A program made the translations under genes and the position numbers. This document shows, piece by piece, positions 33,238-45,515 of a DNA stretch of 64,000 nucleotides; the stretch's first letter is position 1; the number at the start of each line of letters is the position of its first letter. The DNA lies in contig JAAPAO010000063.1 of the NCBI GenBank assembly GCA_013115145.1, forward strand, positions 1 through 64,000. The letters run 5' to 3'. Source of the stretch: Perkinsus chesapeaki ATCC PRA-425. Its lineage: Eukaryota > Protista > Perkinsozoa. The notes beneath the pieces are model-generated. The model was not told the DNA's origin and ran no database searches. It saw only the letters and a list, made by a program, of their open reading frames with translations.

Positions 33238-36017
33238 ATGGGTGCAAGCCTTACTTTTTTAGATAAAGCTAATACTGATGTTACCACTGAATGTGGTGAT
33301 TGGGTAGTAATAATAATATTAATAAGCGTATTTATTATTAGGGACCATTATCATATTCGGTATCGGGTATGCAGGGATGGAGAAGGTCAATGGAAGATGA
33401 TCATATTGCTCATTGGGATAAAAATAAAAGGTATTAACTAGTCTTTGATATGAAAATATAATATTATTAGAGTTGGATTATTTGGGGTATTTGATGGTCA
33501 TGGTGGAAGAGGGGCTTCGCAATATGTAGCAAAGAAAATTATAAAAACAATATTAAATACGGAAGCGTAATAATCAATTATAATTATAATATATAATAAG
33601 ATTATAGTTATAAAAAGAATGATTATGCAAGAGCATTACATGAAGCATTTATGGAAGTTGATAAGGAAATGGCTACTTCAGAGGGAGCTAAAGAGGTTAT
33701 ACTAATAATAAATATTAATACATACCACAATTGGATATAGATAATGCAACTTCATAATGAAGGATTAAAAGAAGATCAACAAAAGATATTACTACGACCA
33801 TCTCAATTACCAAAAGTATTACAACATATGCTTGGGGTGCAGGGAGTAGATGATGGGGAGGAAGGGGACGAAGACAATAATTCGGATTTAAGTGATGTTG
33901 ATTCATCTTGTCAAAAAGAAGTAATATTGTTATTATATATGTAATATAATGATACATTTTATTAGGATGATGATGTGCAAATGGATGTTGCTGAAGGTGA
34001 TAATATTATTAATATAGTATTATAATATATTCAACAGATGATACCATAGAAGATAATGATACATCAAAGGCTCTTGTGGATAATGCTGAAGATGCAGCAG
34101 CAGGAGCATCAACCGCGCCTCATACTGCTACGTCATCACCAACAAACTCACCATTGGTAAATATTATAATTGGGTAATGAATATGATTGTATATTAGGAG
34201 GGAGTCGATGAAGAAGAAGTTGAAGAAGAAATAGATTTAGAGACACTCCCTCGTGAGAATCAACACAATGAGAAGCACGAGGAGGGGGAGGCATCATCCA
34301 CTGGACAGCAGCAGCAGGAGGAGGATCAGCAGCAGCAGCAGCAGGTACTGTTAATACCTAATAACATTGGTAATATGTGGTGTTAGATGGTGTGGGTTAG
34401 ATTTGTTGGTGAATGTGGTGGTAGGTGATATTATTAAATTAAATGATGATGGATTATTAGAAATACCAGAGAATGAGTTTTGGAAAATGTTAGGTCGTCA
34501 AATAACAGCAGATGTTCAAGTAGTAGTTGAAGAAGTTGTAAATATAATAATATATTATTAGGGATGTACTGCAGTTGTATGTGCATTAATATTAGGGGAC
34601 GGATCTAGTCCACCACAGCTTATATGTGCTAATACTGGTGATTCTCGGTAACCATTAATAAACCATTATTATTAATATCATCTAACATTATTATTAGTTG
34701 CATTCTAGCAAGAAGAAATAAAGCTTATGCATTATCAGATGACCATAAACCATCACAAGTAATAATATTATAAATCCGTATTATTATTAATTATATATCA
34801 GGATACTGAAATGGAAAGGATAATAGCAGCAGGTGGACAGGTGGAAGAATGTATGGGACAATATAGAGTACAAGGTATTGAATATTATTATTATTAAAGT
34901 AGTATCTAATTGTTATTATTAGGAGATCTGAACTTATCGCGTGCACTTGGTGATCATCGATATAAACACGATACTACATTGCCTCCTGAATGTCAGATTA
35001 TATCTCCTATGCCGGATTTAAGGTAGTATTATTATATATTATAATTATTGAAGGGTATTATTATATAAATAGGATAAGACAATTATCAAAAGATGATACA
35101 CATGTTATACTAGGTTGTGATGGTATATGGGAAGTAATAATAATATAATGTCATAGTAATAATATAATTATTATTTATATAGATACATTCAAATCAATCA
35201 GCAGTTGATTATGTTTTATCATATGAGAAAGCTGCACTTCGATTGATTCATAGTAAACCACATACTGTTGGACAATGGCGCGAGTTAATAATATATCCAT
35301 TTATTATTAATAATAATTATATCATGTTTCAGTAAAGGGAAGAAGCGTAAAGGATCTCCTGTTAAAGCCGGACGATCAGCAGCAGAAGCAGCAGCACCTG
35401 AAGTTGGATCATTTAAGCAACCGCGTCTGAATGATGTATGAACCTTCGTCGTCTTCTTCTCTTCTTTCTACTTGTTGTTATTATTAGGTTATACTTCATC
35501 CAGGCTCAGAAGGTAGTGATTCAGCATTCTCATTAGCGGCACTTTCAGGAGCTGTATGTCAAGCAACAGTCTGTCCACAGTAATTGTTATTATTAGCAAA
35601 TGATAATATTATTATTATTGGCAGATTACATTTAGATAACCCCAACTTTGAAGGAAATGGATGTGATAATTTAACATTTATGATTATTAAAATACCCGAT
35701 AATATACGTAAAGTAATAATAAGCCATTGTTATACTACTAGCCATAATATCTTAATTAGGCATTACCAGCTCCTAACCCAGAAGAAACACCTGAACCTGG
35801 CCCACCTATTGTATATGGTCAACGACCTAGAAAACGACGCAATTTAACAGATACCAAGTCCGGAGTTGAAGACGAAGAAGAAGGCAAAGAAAACACTTGT
35901 ACCGAACGTAACGCTAAACGGTTAAAGGTTGCTGATACGGCTCCCCCCACCGCCCCCACCGCCGGCACCGACGAGTCTGTTGTTAATCCTTTAGCTGGAA
36001 CTGGGGAGGGGAAGTGA
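33238..36017 (+). CDS. PP2C/PPM protein phosphatase with acidic insertion (PPM1G-like), multi-exon
   Basis: MGASL..., [60 protein letters not shown]. Long Asp/Glu-rich insert at about 33750-34330. Confidence 0.92.
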
Positions 36018-36151
36018 AATATAAAAATGCATTTGCTACGTAGTTTGATCATAAATTATAGCTTGTTTGAGTTATCCTCTTATATACTTTATATTTTTAG
36101 AATCACTTTATTATTATATTATCTCATCCTCATCCTTCTAAGCCGGCAATT

Positions 36152-37144
36152 ATGTCTGATATTATTATGAATGCATCTTGTCCTTATCAACAACAACAAC
36201 AAGAACAAGAACAAGAACTCCCTCATCCGACAACAGACAGAGTCCGTCGTAATTCAATTATGAGAATACGGCTTAAGAATTCATCATTTCATTTTGAAGA
36301 AGATGATCATGATATTAATAATAACTATGATGAATCAAATCATTCAGATTCTACAAAATCTGGTATAGTTAGGACTAGAAGTCGTAGTGAAAATGATATA
36401 TCAAATATCGGTCGTCATGGTCATTTTATATCTAGATCTCCACTTGTCGCCGAGTTCTATCCTGAAACCGGTATGTTGTCATATTCAATGGATATAAATA
36501 ACAACAACAACAACGGTTATCATCATGGTCAACTCGTGAAGAATCCATTCTCGGGTCAAGAAGATTTATTTCAAGAATCTATTAATGATTATTGTAGTAT
36601 GAATTATGATGATCCTATAAATACCTCTGGTAGTAGTCCAAGATTAAATTGGGAAGGTGTAACTACTATAATGCTTCGCAATATACCTAGTCGGTACTGT
36701 CCAAAATCATTGAGAAGACTAATTGGTAATTTAGGATTTGCTAATTCTATGGATTTCTTTTATATGCCTATGGATTCTGTTAACTATAAGAATCTAGGTT
36801 ATGCCTTCATCAATTTGATAACTGTACATGAAGTTGCTCGTTTTATGGAGGTGTTTGTTGGATATAGATTTGATCCTTCACGTGGATCTGAAAAAGTATG
36901 CGAAGTTTGTCCAGCTAGAGTTCAAGGATTTTATCACAATGTGAGTCATTTCCAGAATTCGGCGACTCGAGTAAGTATACCCGATGAATTCAAACCTATC
37001 GCTATTAAGAATGGTGAAGAGATTGTTATTCATAGTAATCTAAGAAGAGGAAGATCAAACAGCTCGTATAATAGTAAAAGTAAATATAATAATAGGCATA
37101 CAGGTTATATAGATAATAATAAGTTAAGGTCCAGTCATTATTGA
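36152..37144 (+). CDS. Mei2-like RNA-binding protein (Mei2 C-terminal RRM only), intronless
   Basis: TTIMLRNIPSRY, DFFYMPMD, NLGYAFINL, KVCEVCPARVQG; low-complexity N-terminal half. Confidence 0.9.
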   Translation: MSDIIMNASCPYQQQQQEQEQELPHPTTDRVRRNSIMRIRLKNSSFHFEEDDHDINNNYDESNHSDSTKSGIVRTRSRSENDISNIGRHGHFISRSPLVAEFYPETGMLSYSMDINNNNNNGYHHGQLVKNPFSGQEDLFQESINDYCSMNYDDPINTSGSSPRLNWEGVTTIMLRNIPSRYCPKSLRRLIGNLGFANSMDFFYMPMDSVNYKNLGYAFINLITVHEVARFMEVFVGYRFDPSRGSEKVCEVCPARVQGFYHNVSHFQNSATRVSIPDEFKPIAIKNGEEIVIHSNLRRGRSNSSYNSKSKYNNRHTGYIDNNKLRSSHY

Positions 37145-37450
37145 TTGGCATTTTATATAAAGCTTTAGGCGGCTTTAAGCCAAATAAGCCCTATTATTCA
37201 TTATATATTACAAAATATTAATATCTATAGGTTATTAATATAATTGTTGCGTTAATAAATGTGTTGCATTAACCAATATCATTATTAAACACCCTTTTAC
37301 TCTATGCAATACTATAAAAGGTACTTCGCGAAGGATGCACGACAACTTAAACTAAACATTGGTATTATTATTCAAAGTAGCTTCTAAACGATGAAAAGAT
37401 GGGCCTTATGAAACATTGACAACCCACAAATGAAAGCACAGTTACAGAAT

Positions 37451-38884
37451 CTATAATTGTGATTTAGTTTTGGGTAATTTAGTATGAAGAACCGATTCAT
37501 AAAGATGATCTAAAGTAACAGATTTTGGACGCTCAATAGGCATTTGCATTATTCTTGCCCAAACAAGTTGAGCCATAACTCCCATAGATCTTGATACAGC
37601 AAATACAACTGTATAGAAATCAGGCTCAACAAGACCATAATGTTTTAACATAACACCAGAGTGAGCATCAACATTGGGATTAGGATTACGAACTTTACCA
37701 GTTTTAGCTAATACAGGTGGTACTGCTTCATATGCTATTGAACATAATTGCACCATAGGATCATCATTTAAATATTTTAAACAGAATTCTCTTTCTAAAA
37801 GATAACGTGGATCAGCTACTTTTAATACAGCATGACCATATCCAGGAATAACTTTACCATTTTTTAATGTGTTTTCAGCATATTTACGAACACTTTTAAC
37901 AGTTGGTATAGTTTTATTAATATTATGCTCATCCATACATCCTTCTAACCATTTAAGAGATTCTTGATTGGCTATACCATGTAGTGGACCAGCTAAACCA
38001 CATATACCAGCAGCAAATGAATAATAAGGATCAGCAAGTGCTGAACCAACAAGATGTGTTGTATGAGCTGATACATTACCACCTTCATGATCAGCATGTA
38101 ATAACATATAAAGTCTCATCATATCAGCAAACATAGGATCATTACTACTTACTCCCAACATATGACTAAAATTAGCAGCCCAATCAAGATTAGGATCACT
38201 ATTAATTTGATCATCATTATGAAATGTTCTTCTATAAATTCTAGCAGCTAATTGTGGTACACGTGCTACCAATGTTATGGCATCTTCTAGGATACTTTCC
38301 CAATAATCACTTTTTTTAATATCACCATTATAATAACCTTTAGAGAATGCTGAATAAGGCTGCAATGCCAATACACCAATACTCAATTGTGTCATTGGAT
38401 GCATATCTTTAGGTAAATTATTAATGGTATTAATAACATCATCTGGTAGTTGTCCTCTTTTATATAATTCCATATTAAATTCATCGATTGTATCTTTATT
38501 AGGTATATTACCAGTAAGTAATAACCAAAAAGCACCTTCAGGTAAACCAACAGTACTATCATTAGTAGATTTAGGTAATGCTGAATTAACCTCTCTCAGT
38601 GTCATCTTTCTATATCTTATACCACCGTGAGGATCTAAATCAGATGTATCAGTTAGCATAGTTTTCATACCACGTTCACCACCAAGTACATTAGCAACAG
38701 TTATATCACCAATAACATCATGACTATGACCATATTTTAATTCAACAAGTCTAGCGAACTCTGATTTCGCCAATGTTCGTATTTCTTCTTTTAAAGTATC
38801 CATAACTGGTCGGCTAATATTATTCGATTTATCATCATTGTGATATTCAGTAGATGACAATGAAGGTGATGATGAGATACTCAT
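37451..38884 (-). CDS. CS: Citrate synthase (eukaryotic type), intronless, 477 aa, ends KSQL
   Basis: GGERGMK, HPMTQL, LHADHEGGNVSAHT, GPLHG, IPGYGHAVL, DPRY, NPNVDAHSG. First ATG at 38884; the ORF track starts at TTG. Confidence 0.95.
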   Translation of the reverse strand: MSISSSPSLSSTEYHNDDKSNNISRPVMDTLKEEIRTLAKSEFARLVELKYGHSHDVIGDITVANVLGGERGMKTMLTDTSDLDPHGGIRYRKMTLREVNSALPKSTNDSTVGLPEGAFWLLLTGNIPNKDTIDEFNMELYKRGQLPDDVINTINNLPKDMHPMTQLSIGVLALQPYSAFSKGYYNGDIKKSDYWESILEDAITLVARVPQLAARIYRRTFHNDDQINSDPNLDWAANFSHMLGVSSNDPMFADMMRLYMLLHADHEGGNVSAHTTHLVGSALADPYYSFAAGICGLAGPLHGIANQESLKWLEGCMDEHNINKTIPTVKSVRKYAENTLKNGKVIPGYGHAVLKVADPRYLLEREFCLKYLNDDPMVQLCSIAYEAVPPVLAKTGKVRNPNPNVDAHSGVMLKHYGLVEPDFYTVVFAVSRSMGVMAQLVWARIMQMPIERPKSVTLDHLYESVLHTKLPKTKSQL

Positions 38885-39179
38885 CTTAATGAGGAGGACA
38901 AACTGTGTGTGATTAACAAACTTCAAGTCACTTCACAAACGAAAATGTCACAATGTAAGTTACGCTCGCCCAGCTGATCGATTATGAAGAAAATTCCGTG
39001 TAGGGGTTGTTGAGATGAGGAAACTATGCGGCAAGCCGCCAGTAACTCAATACCACAGACGGGTGGTTAAAAAGGCTTATATACTGATGAATGTGTACGC
39101 AAGCACGCTGCGACGTCACTTGCTATCTTAACTGTTTCTCAACGCCTTGGCTTTCAGTACTGAACACTGAATTAGAACG

Positions 39180-40322
39180 TCAGAGAAAATGCGGTAGAAC
39201 GTCACTGGCTGGTTTACCAAGAAAACTATAAGTTGCCAAAGGACTTAAAGGAGTTGATTCGAGGTTAACTTCAATAACCTAATGAAGGGAGGGAACATAA
39301 TACGGTGGGAATACTAGACACTTGTTACTGGAATGTTACGATTTATGGCAATGTTAGCAAAGCCTGCTGCTGGATACACTATACTAGATGTACCAATTAT
39401 TATTAATATATCACATGACTCTCTAAAATACATATTATAAATATATAATGTATCATTAATTTACATTGCATTATTAGCATGTTTTAAAGTATTATCATCT
39501 AAAGCCTCACCAAACCATACGACACTTGGTCGTAATAATCTGAATAATAATAATACAATATAACTTTATAGTAGATGGGGTAATACTTCCCATTCCTATG
39601 AGGTAATTTATCAACTGGGATTATTGCTGATTTTAATGGTTTACTTGGATCAACATCATCATATAGTGCGGGAACAATGGGAATAGTACGATCCTCCCAT
39701 ACCTACATTAACATATTACTAAACATAATCTAATAATATTAGTAAGCCAGTACATGAATATTGTCCTGTATGAAAGGAATGGTATCTAACTCCTTTACAA
39801 GCCATAATGATCCGTGTAATTCTATAACGTGTTGGCTACCAGCAAGTTGATGAAGTCCATCAACATTTTGCTAAGGAACGATGATTGAAGTGATGTGAAT
39901 TATTATGATGTTGTTGATGATGTTAAGCTGCTCACTGTTATAAGTGTGAATTGCAGACCATCTTTCTTTTTCATTTCCTCTAATTCGGTACACCATTTAT
40001 GACACGTGTTTGGCTTTGATTTGGCAACTATCTGTCTTCGATACTCATAAAATTGCCAAACTAATGATGGATCAGATCTGAAAGCCTGTGAAGTTGCTAA
40101 ACCTAAAAGGAAAGGGCTCTTCATACAATTGAACAATAAGGTGTTTTTGTTGTTAATATTATCATCACGTGTTGGATCATTGTTTCTCCATAACCCTTGT
40201 GGCCCTCTAAATGTTGGTATACCACTTTCAGCACTAACTCCAGCCCCAGTGATAATTACTGTATACTTTGATTGTTTTATAAGTGAACGAACCTTTTCTG
40301 TTATACAGCAACAATTAGACAT
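39180..40322 (-). CDS. Class III sirtuin (CobB/SIRT5-like NAD-dependent deacylase), multi-exon
   Basis: [69 protein letters not shown]. Confidence 0.9.
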
Positions 40323-40453
40323 AATAATAAATACCAGAATAATAGTTATTAAAACTTAACACCGACACAGTAATAAAATATATAACAGAAACTAGTAAAG
40401 TGTTTTATTATGATGACAAATGATGAAGTAGATATAACTAATATGATAATAAT

Positions 40454-40848
40454 TTATTGTGTTTTCTTTGTATCTTTAGTCTTCTTTGAGGTTTTATCAT
40501 CATGTGTAACATCATCATCATCATCACCAGCAGCAGCAGCATTTGATGCATTATTGTTATGATTCCCCTCATCCTCCTTAGTATCATCATCATCAGGGCC
40601 AGACTCAACCCGTATCATAGGCATACGAGTAGTTAACCACCATATCAATGCGATGAATCTGAATACGAATAGTAAAAAACCCTCCCTCCTCCTCCTCCTC
40701 CCCCCACCAATAGCTCCTACCCAATGGTTAATATTGCATAATCTACCCAATCTGCTTCATCTAAATGATCAATACCAGTAAGATCAATAAGTTGCTTTGG
40801 GAATATATATGGTAAACCAGATTTAACAATTGTAACGTTTTCAGACAT
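40454..40848 (-). CDS. Small single-pass membrane protein, hypothetical, 2 exons
   Basis: MSENVTIVKSGLPYIFPKQLIDLTGIDHLDEADW|GFLLFVFRFIALIWWLTT followed by an acidic, then Lys-rich, tail. Confidence 0.55.
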
Positions 40849-41370
40849 TATGAATTATTATTAAGTGATAACACTGATATAAGTACTGACATTAGTAGTC
40901 TTTGAATTAATAATACATTAGCAATATAATCTATATAACGTCAATTAGACATTTGCGCCGTGGAGGAGTCAATAAATGATAAACCCTAGCGAAGAGATGC
41001 TAACACAAAAACTGTCCCCTTGAACCCCCTTTAATAAACTGTCGAATAAGGTCATAAGATGGTCAGGTTCCTTATGATGATCCGAATGTGTCATGGTTAA
41101 CCACGTATTATGATTATGATACGAGGATACTTAAATTATTATCCAAATCATCAAATAACCGAGCCATGATGACACTCACAGACTCTCCCGTACGCGTACG
41201 GTGTAGATGCTGTTGCAGCAGCAACAGCAACAGCAGGAACGTTGAACTACAGTCCAGGACTGTCCGACCTCCAAAGTAACTTAGAACACACACCTTAATT
41301 TTGGACCAGAAATCACGATCTTTCTTAGGGAAGTACCTCTAGATAGAAAAGTCCGATTATAACTCTTTTT

Positions 41371-41433
<63 letters not shown>
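41371..41433. repeat. (GTA)21 microsatellite
   Basis: Uninterrupted triplet run. It explains the poly-Tyr ORF at 41281-41478. Confidence 0.95.
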
Positions 41434-41960
41434 TTTATAACCTAGCGTATATACAGTACTAATCCCTATAAGTTTCATTGATCATCAGCAGTCTGAAGAA
41501 GTAGTTGAGGGGAAGTCGCAGAGTCAAGCTTGACACTGCGAATTTCGCGATGCACACGGTGCAACATGCACCAATTATAGCGATCTTTTCTTTTCGCTAA
41601 TTTGGCAACATTTTCCATGCCGATCCATATAATAAGGAGATTCTCTGAGCTTGGGGCACAGAGGCACAAATCCGGCAGAGAATGCTGCAGGTGACAAAAA
41701 CGTGATATTCTACTGTGAGTTAATTTGGAGGTCTGTACTCTAACTGGGAAGCAGCATTGAAGAAAGAGAAGCATTATATTAAGCGGATGTATACTAAGTG
41801 ATACACTGTACTAGTATGACAATTCATATTTTATTAGATTAGTCATGTGTCATTATTAACCTTTATTAATGGTATTGTTGTTACTTATGATGTGACACAA
41901 GTAACAAAAGTCATGTACTACGGATCAGGTTGTTCATTGATATGCTTGATTAATAATGTA

Positions 41961-42265
41961 CAGGGTGATGCGAAAAAAAGGGTCCATGCCTCATATTTTT
42001 TGGCGCGTGAGAGTCACGAGTGAAGTAAGGTACCAGCTTGAAGCTCTTGGTGAGCCCTTTCTAATGCCTTATCAACCATTGCGATACTCGAATAAGGCTC
42101 TGAGTTATAGCTCAACAAAAAAACTGTTACATAGAGAAATGCGCTCATCATTAGAAAGGCATTAGAAAGGGCTCACCAAGAGCTTCAAGCTGGTACCTTA
42201 CTTCATTCGTAACTCTCACGCGCCAAAAAAATATGAGGCATGGACCCTTTTTTCGCATCACCCTG
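41961..42265. mobile_element. Non-autonomous Tc1/mariner-type MITE, 305 bp
   Basis: 110-bp terminal inverted repeats (41961-42070 and 42156-42265) differing by 2 substitutions and 2 homopolymer indels. Termini CAGGGTG...CACCCTG, TA on both flanks, 85-bp spacer, no transposase. Confidence 0.92.
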
Positions 42266-42375
42266 TATAATATTAATGAACCCTATGAACATAACGATGT
42301 ACGACTTCAACGTTATCAGGCACTAACTGTTATTATCAGCCACTTTATTATGGATACAAGTAAGGATGGATTTAG

Positions 42376-45113
42376 TTATATCCTAGGATTTACATAATAA
42401 GGTATAACAATTGTATTAAAATCCACCACTTTAAGAGCCGCTGGTATTGTCCTTTCTATTCTCTCACTTGTCTCAAAGTGTGTATCGATTCTAGTATTAC
42501 ATTCTATGTTTTATAAAATACATTCTACTTGTTATAGCATTCAGCAAGCATTCAGTTAGAGTAATTAATCAAATGACATCATCATTACAAGAACCCGAAC
42601 AGGAACAAGAGTCTGACATACATCACTTTCAACACAATAAGTCTATTATTATTATTAACAGAAACATTAACACCATGCATTATCATCTTAATCATCATGA
42701 ATACAACAACAGCTGCTGTTGTTGTTGCTGCTCATCTGACATAGATGGTACTGGTAACCAAGGACGATATAGATATGTTCCAATAACATTTGCAAGATAA
42801 CCAAACTTAAATAATATCTAATAATATCATATGTTGGGTAATAATAATGTCATCTACATTACTTTCCTTTGTATATTAGTTATACCAGGTGCTTCATGTC
42901 CTTCAAAATCATACCGGAACACTAACATAGTACCTATTAATAATAATAACAAATATAATACTAATATTACTACCGGGTTTAAATACAACACTGTGATCAC
43001 CTCTATATAGTGTACGACTATCTAATACTAATGCATCACCAGATCTCCAACATCCATCTGGGTATCTTTTATACATATATTAATAAGTATTATTCAATTG
43101 TTGATTATTATTACAATTCATGAACCTTCAATACACCTCCAGACATCATAAACCTTTTCGAATATGTACATAATCTATCTATCATCGATATTATCGATGA
43201 TGATTGATAATCTCCTATTGATAATATATGGCTTCCTGGTAATATACTTTGTGTACCTTATATAACAATCTCTATTATAACATAACCTCCTTTATAACTA
43301 TTATTATTATTACCAACAACCTACCTATTTTATCATCACGATCTGTTAATGGTAATAATACTGTAAATCCTGCTGCACCATTATCAGCATGAAAATGTCT
43401 CTCTGGTGGTGAGCCATGATCGATAGTAATCAATCTAACATCTGCTAAATACCTATTTAAACTAGTATTAGTATTAATGATGATATTATCTTATTATTAT
43501 CATCATCATCACATTCTTTTCCTTTCACCAGTGCCATCATCTAATTCAGCTGCCATATCCTCCGCAACTGAATGTAATATACCCATCCATGACCTATTAC
43601 AATGTGTAGTTGCTCCTTCCATAGTGGTACCTAATAACAATCACACCTTGATAATAACATGTATACTACTATTACCACGTAATAACATATGAAGTCTAGA
43701 ATGAGCAAATCTTCCAAATTTAATATTACCATCATGTGCTAATACTTGTACTCCAATATGGCTGGCATTATCACCATAAGTCTAATAACAACAACAAATA
43801 ATAATATTGTCGATGTTAATACTAACATGAAATGTTTCTTGTAGTTTCTTAATATCCTCAGGTGTTACTGCTTCTCTCAATAAAGCTACTCCCCATTGAC
43901 GGAGGGATGATGCTATCTTTTGTGAATCATATCTTGGTGATAGTACTGATGCTTCTGCTACTAACCTACTACTACTCTTTCCTATGGCGGCGGAGGCGGT
44001 GAGATATGGCTTAACTTTACCTATTAATACTTATTTAATAAATATTGTCCTTTATATTACTTCCTATATTATAACCAAAAGCTCTATCACTATGTCTTCG
44101 ACCAAATGCTTTATCATCATAATAAGTTCTATTATCAAAATACCTATTATTGCTATTATTAAAGTAATGAATATAATGTCCCTCCTCTTTACTGTCTATT
44201 ATTCCATTCTTTTACCAATCCTTCATAGATACCTTCTCTAAATGCTTCTATATTCTTCCATAAATCAACACCTTTATCAGATCTATCAATCTGATAATAT
44301 CTAATAATAATGATTAATAATTTATTATATCACTTTCCGGCATGCTGTGTTAACTATCTCAGTTAGATATTCAGGTATATCACCTATATCACCTGTATGT
44401 AACTGATATCTTGCAGCATCCCATAACTCAGATCCTAGTAGTAATAAATAATAATACTACCACTATTATTCAACCATTCTAGTACTACTATTATTACTAC
44501 CTCCAGGATTAATATTATTGTTAGTTTCATTAATAACTGCTCTCAAATATCTTTCAGAAATCTCTAACATAGGTTCTACTGGTAAACATCTACAAGCTGC
44601 TTCTTGAAATTGTTCAAGTGTAAATCTAATAATAATAATATTCACCCATGTAGTCGTAATACATTGTATCATTACTACCCATGACGTTGCCCAATTTCTG
44701 TTATTAATTTCTCCCAATTAGTATCATTAATTCCTGATATATCCTGATCACGTGAATCATAAACCAGTTCCTGTTTTAGATATTTCCAAGGTATAAACCT
44801 ATTATCCCATTACTATTATCTAATAATAATTAGAAGCAATATAATATTATTACATATTATTTGCAGCAGTATTCTTCAAATATATATGAGTAATAAGTCC
44901 AGTTGATGATATACCAGCAAGGCACCATAAAGTGAAGTTAATTGATTTATCAATATGACGTTTCTTAGGAAAATCTTTTATTAGCTCCCCTGGTATCCAT
45001 TCCTTTTTATATAACCTTTTTATCAACCTCAATGTTCTAACTGTAATAATATCAGCAACAGCAGCAATCTTATATGATGATGAGGTAGTAGGATGAGGAG
45101 GAGGGATACTCAT
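42376..45113 (-). CDS. PhyH-like Fe(II)/2-oxoglutarate dioxygenase-fold protein with N-terminal hydrophobic segment, multi-exon
   Basis: LRQWGVALLREAV, RHFHADNG (HxD), GFTVLLPL, GDALVLDSRTLYRG. Ends approximate. Confidence 0.55.
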
Positions 45114-45250
45114 TAAATTAATAATGATAACTATTGATAATAATAATAGACACTACGTAAGAACACAAAATACTTATATATGATGATAATGGTTATCCGA
45201 CAGTTTCACGTAACTTAAATGGATAATCATATCTAGTGTAGAGTAATGTT

Positions 45251-45282
<32 letters not shown>

Positions 45283-45515
45283 AAAGAAGAAGAAGAAGAA
45301 GAAGAAGAACTACGATAATGGTGAATGATGAAATCGTACAATAATAGTTTGGAGGGTTTGGAGGGGTTACCAAGCTTGAGAGAAGTTATTGAATAATACT
45401 AGTCATATTAGTTATGTACCATTTACAACAACACTAATAATCATAGAGTAAGAATAATATTATTAAATCACATGAATCACAAAAATATAATATATCATCT
45501 AAATGATTATTATTA

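Noticed and set aside
39027-39040. GCGGCAAGCCGC hairpin upstream of citrate synthase
   Set aside because: Too short to support an ncRNA; no surrounding structure recognised.
41956-42165. 69-aa ORF
   Set aside because: Lies entirely within the MITE TIR and spacer; no transposase motifs.
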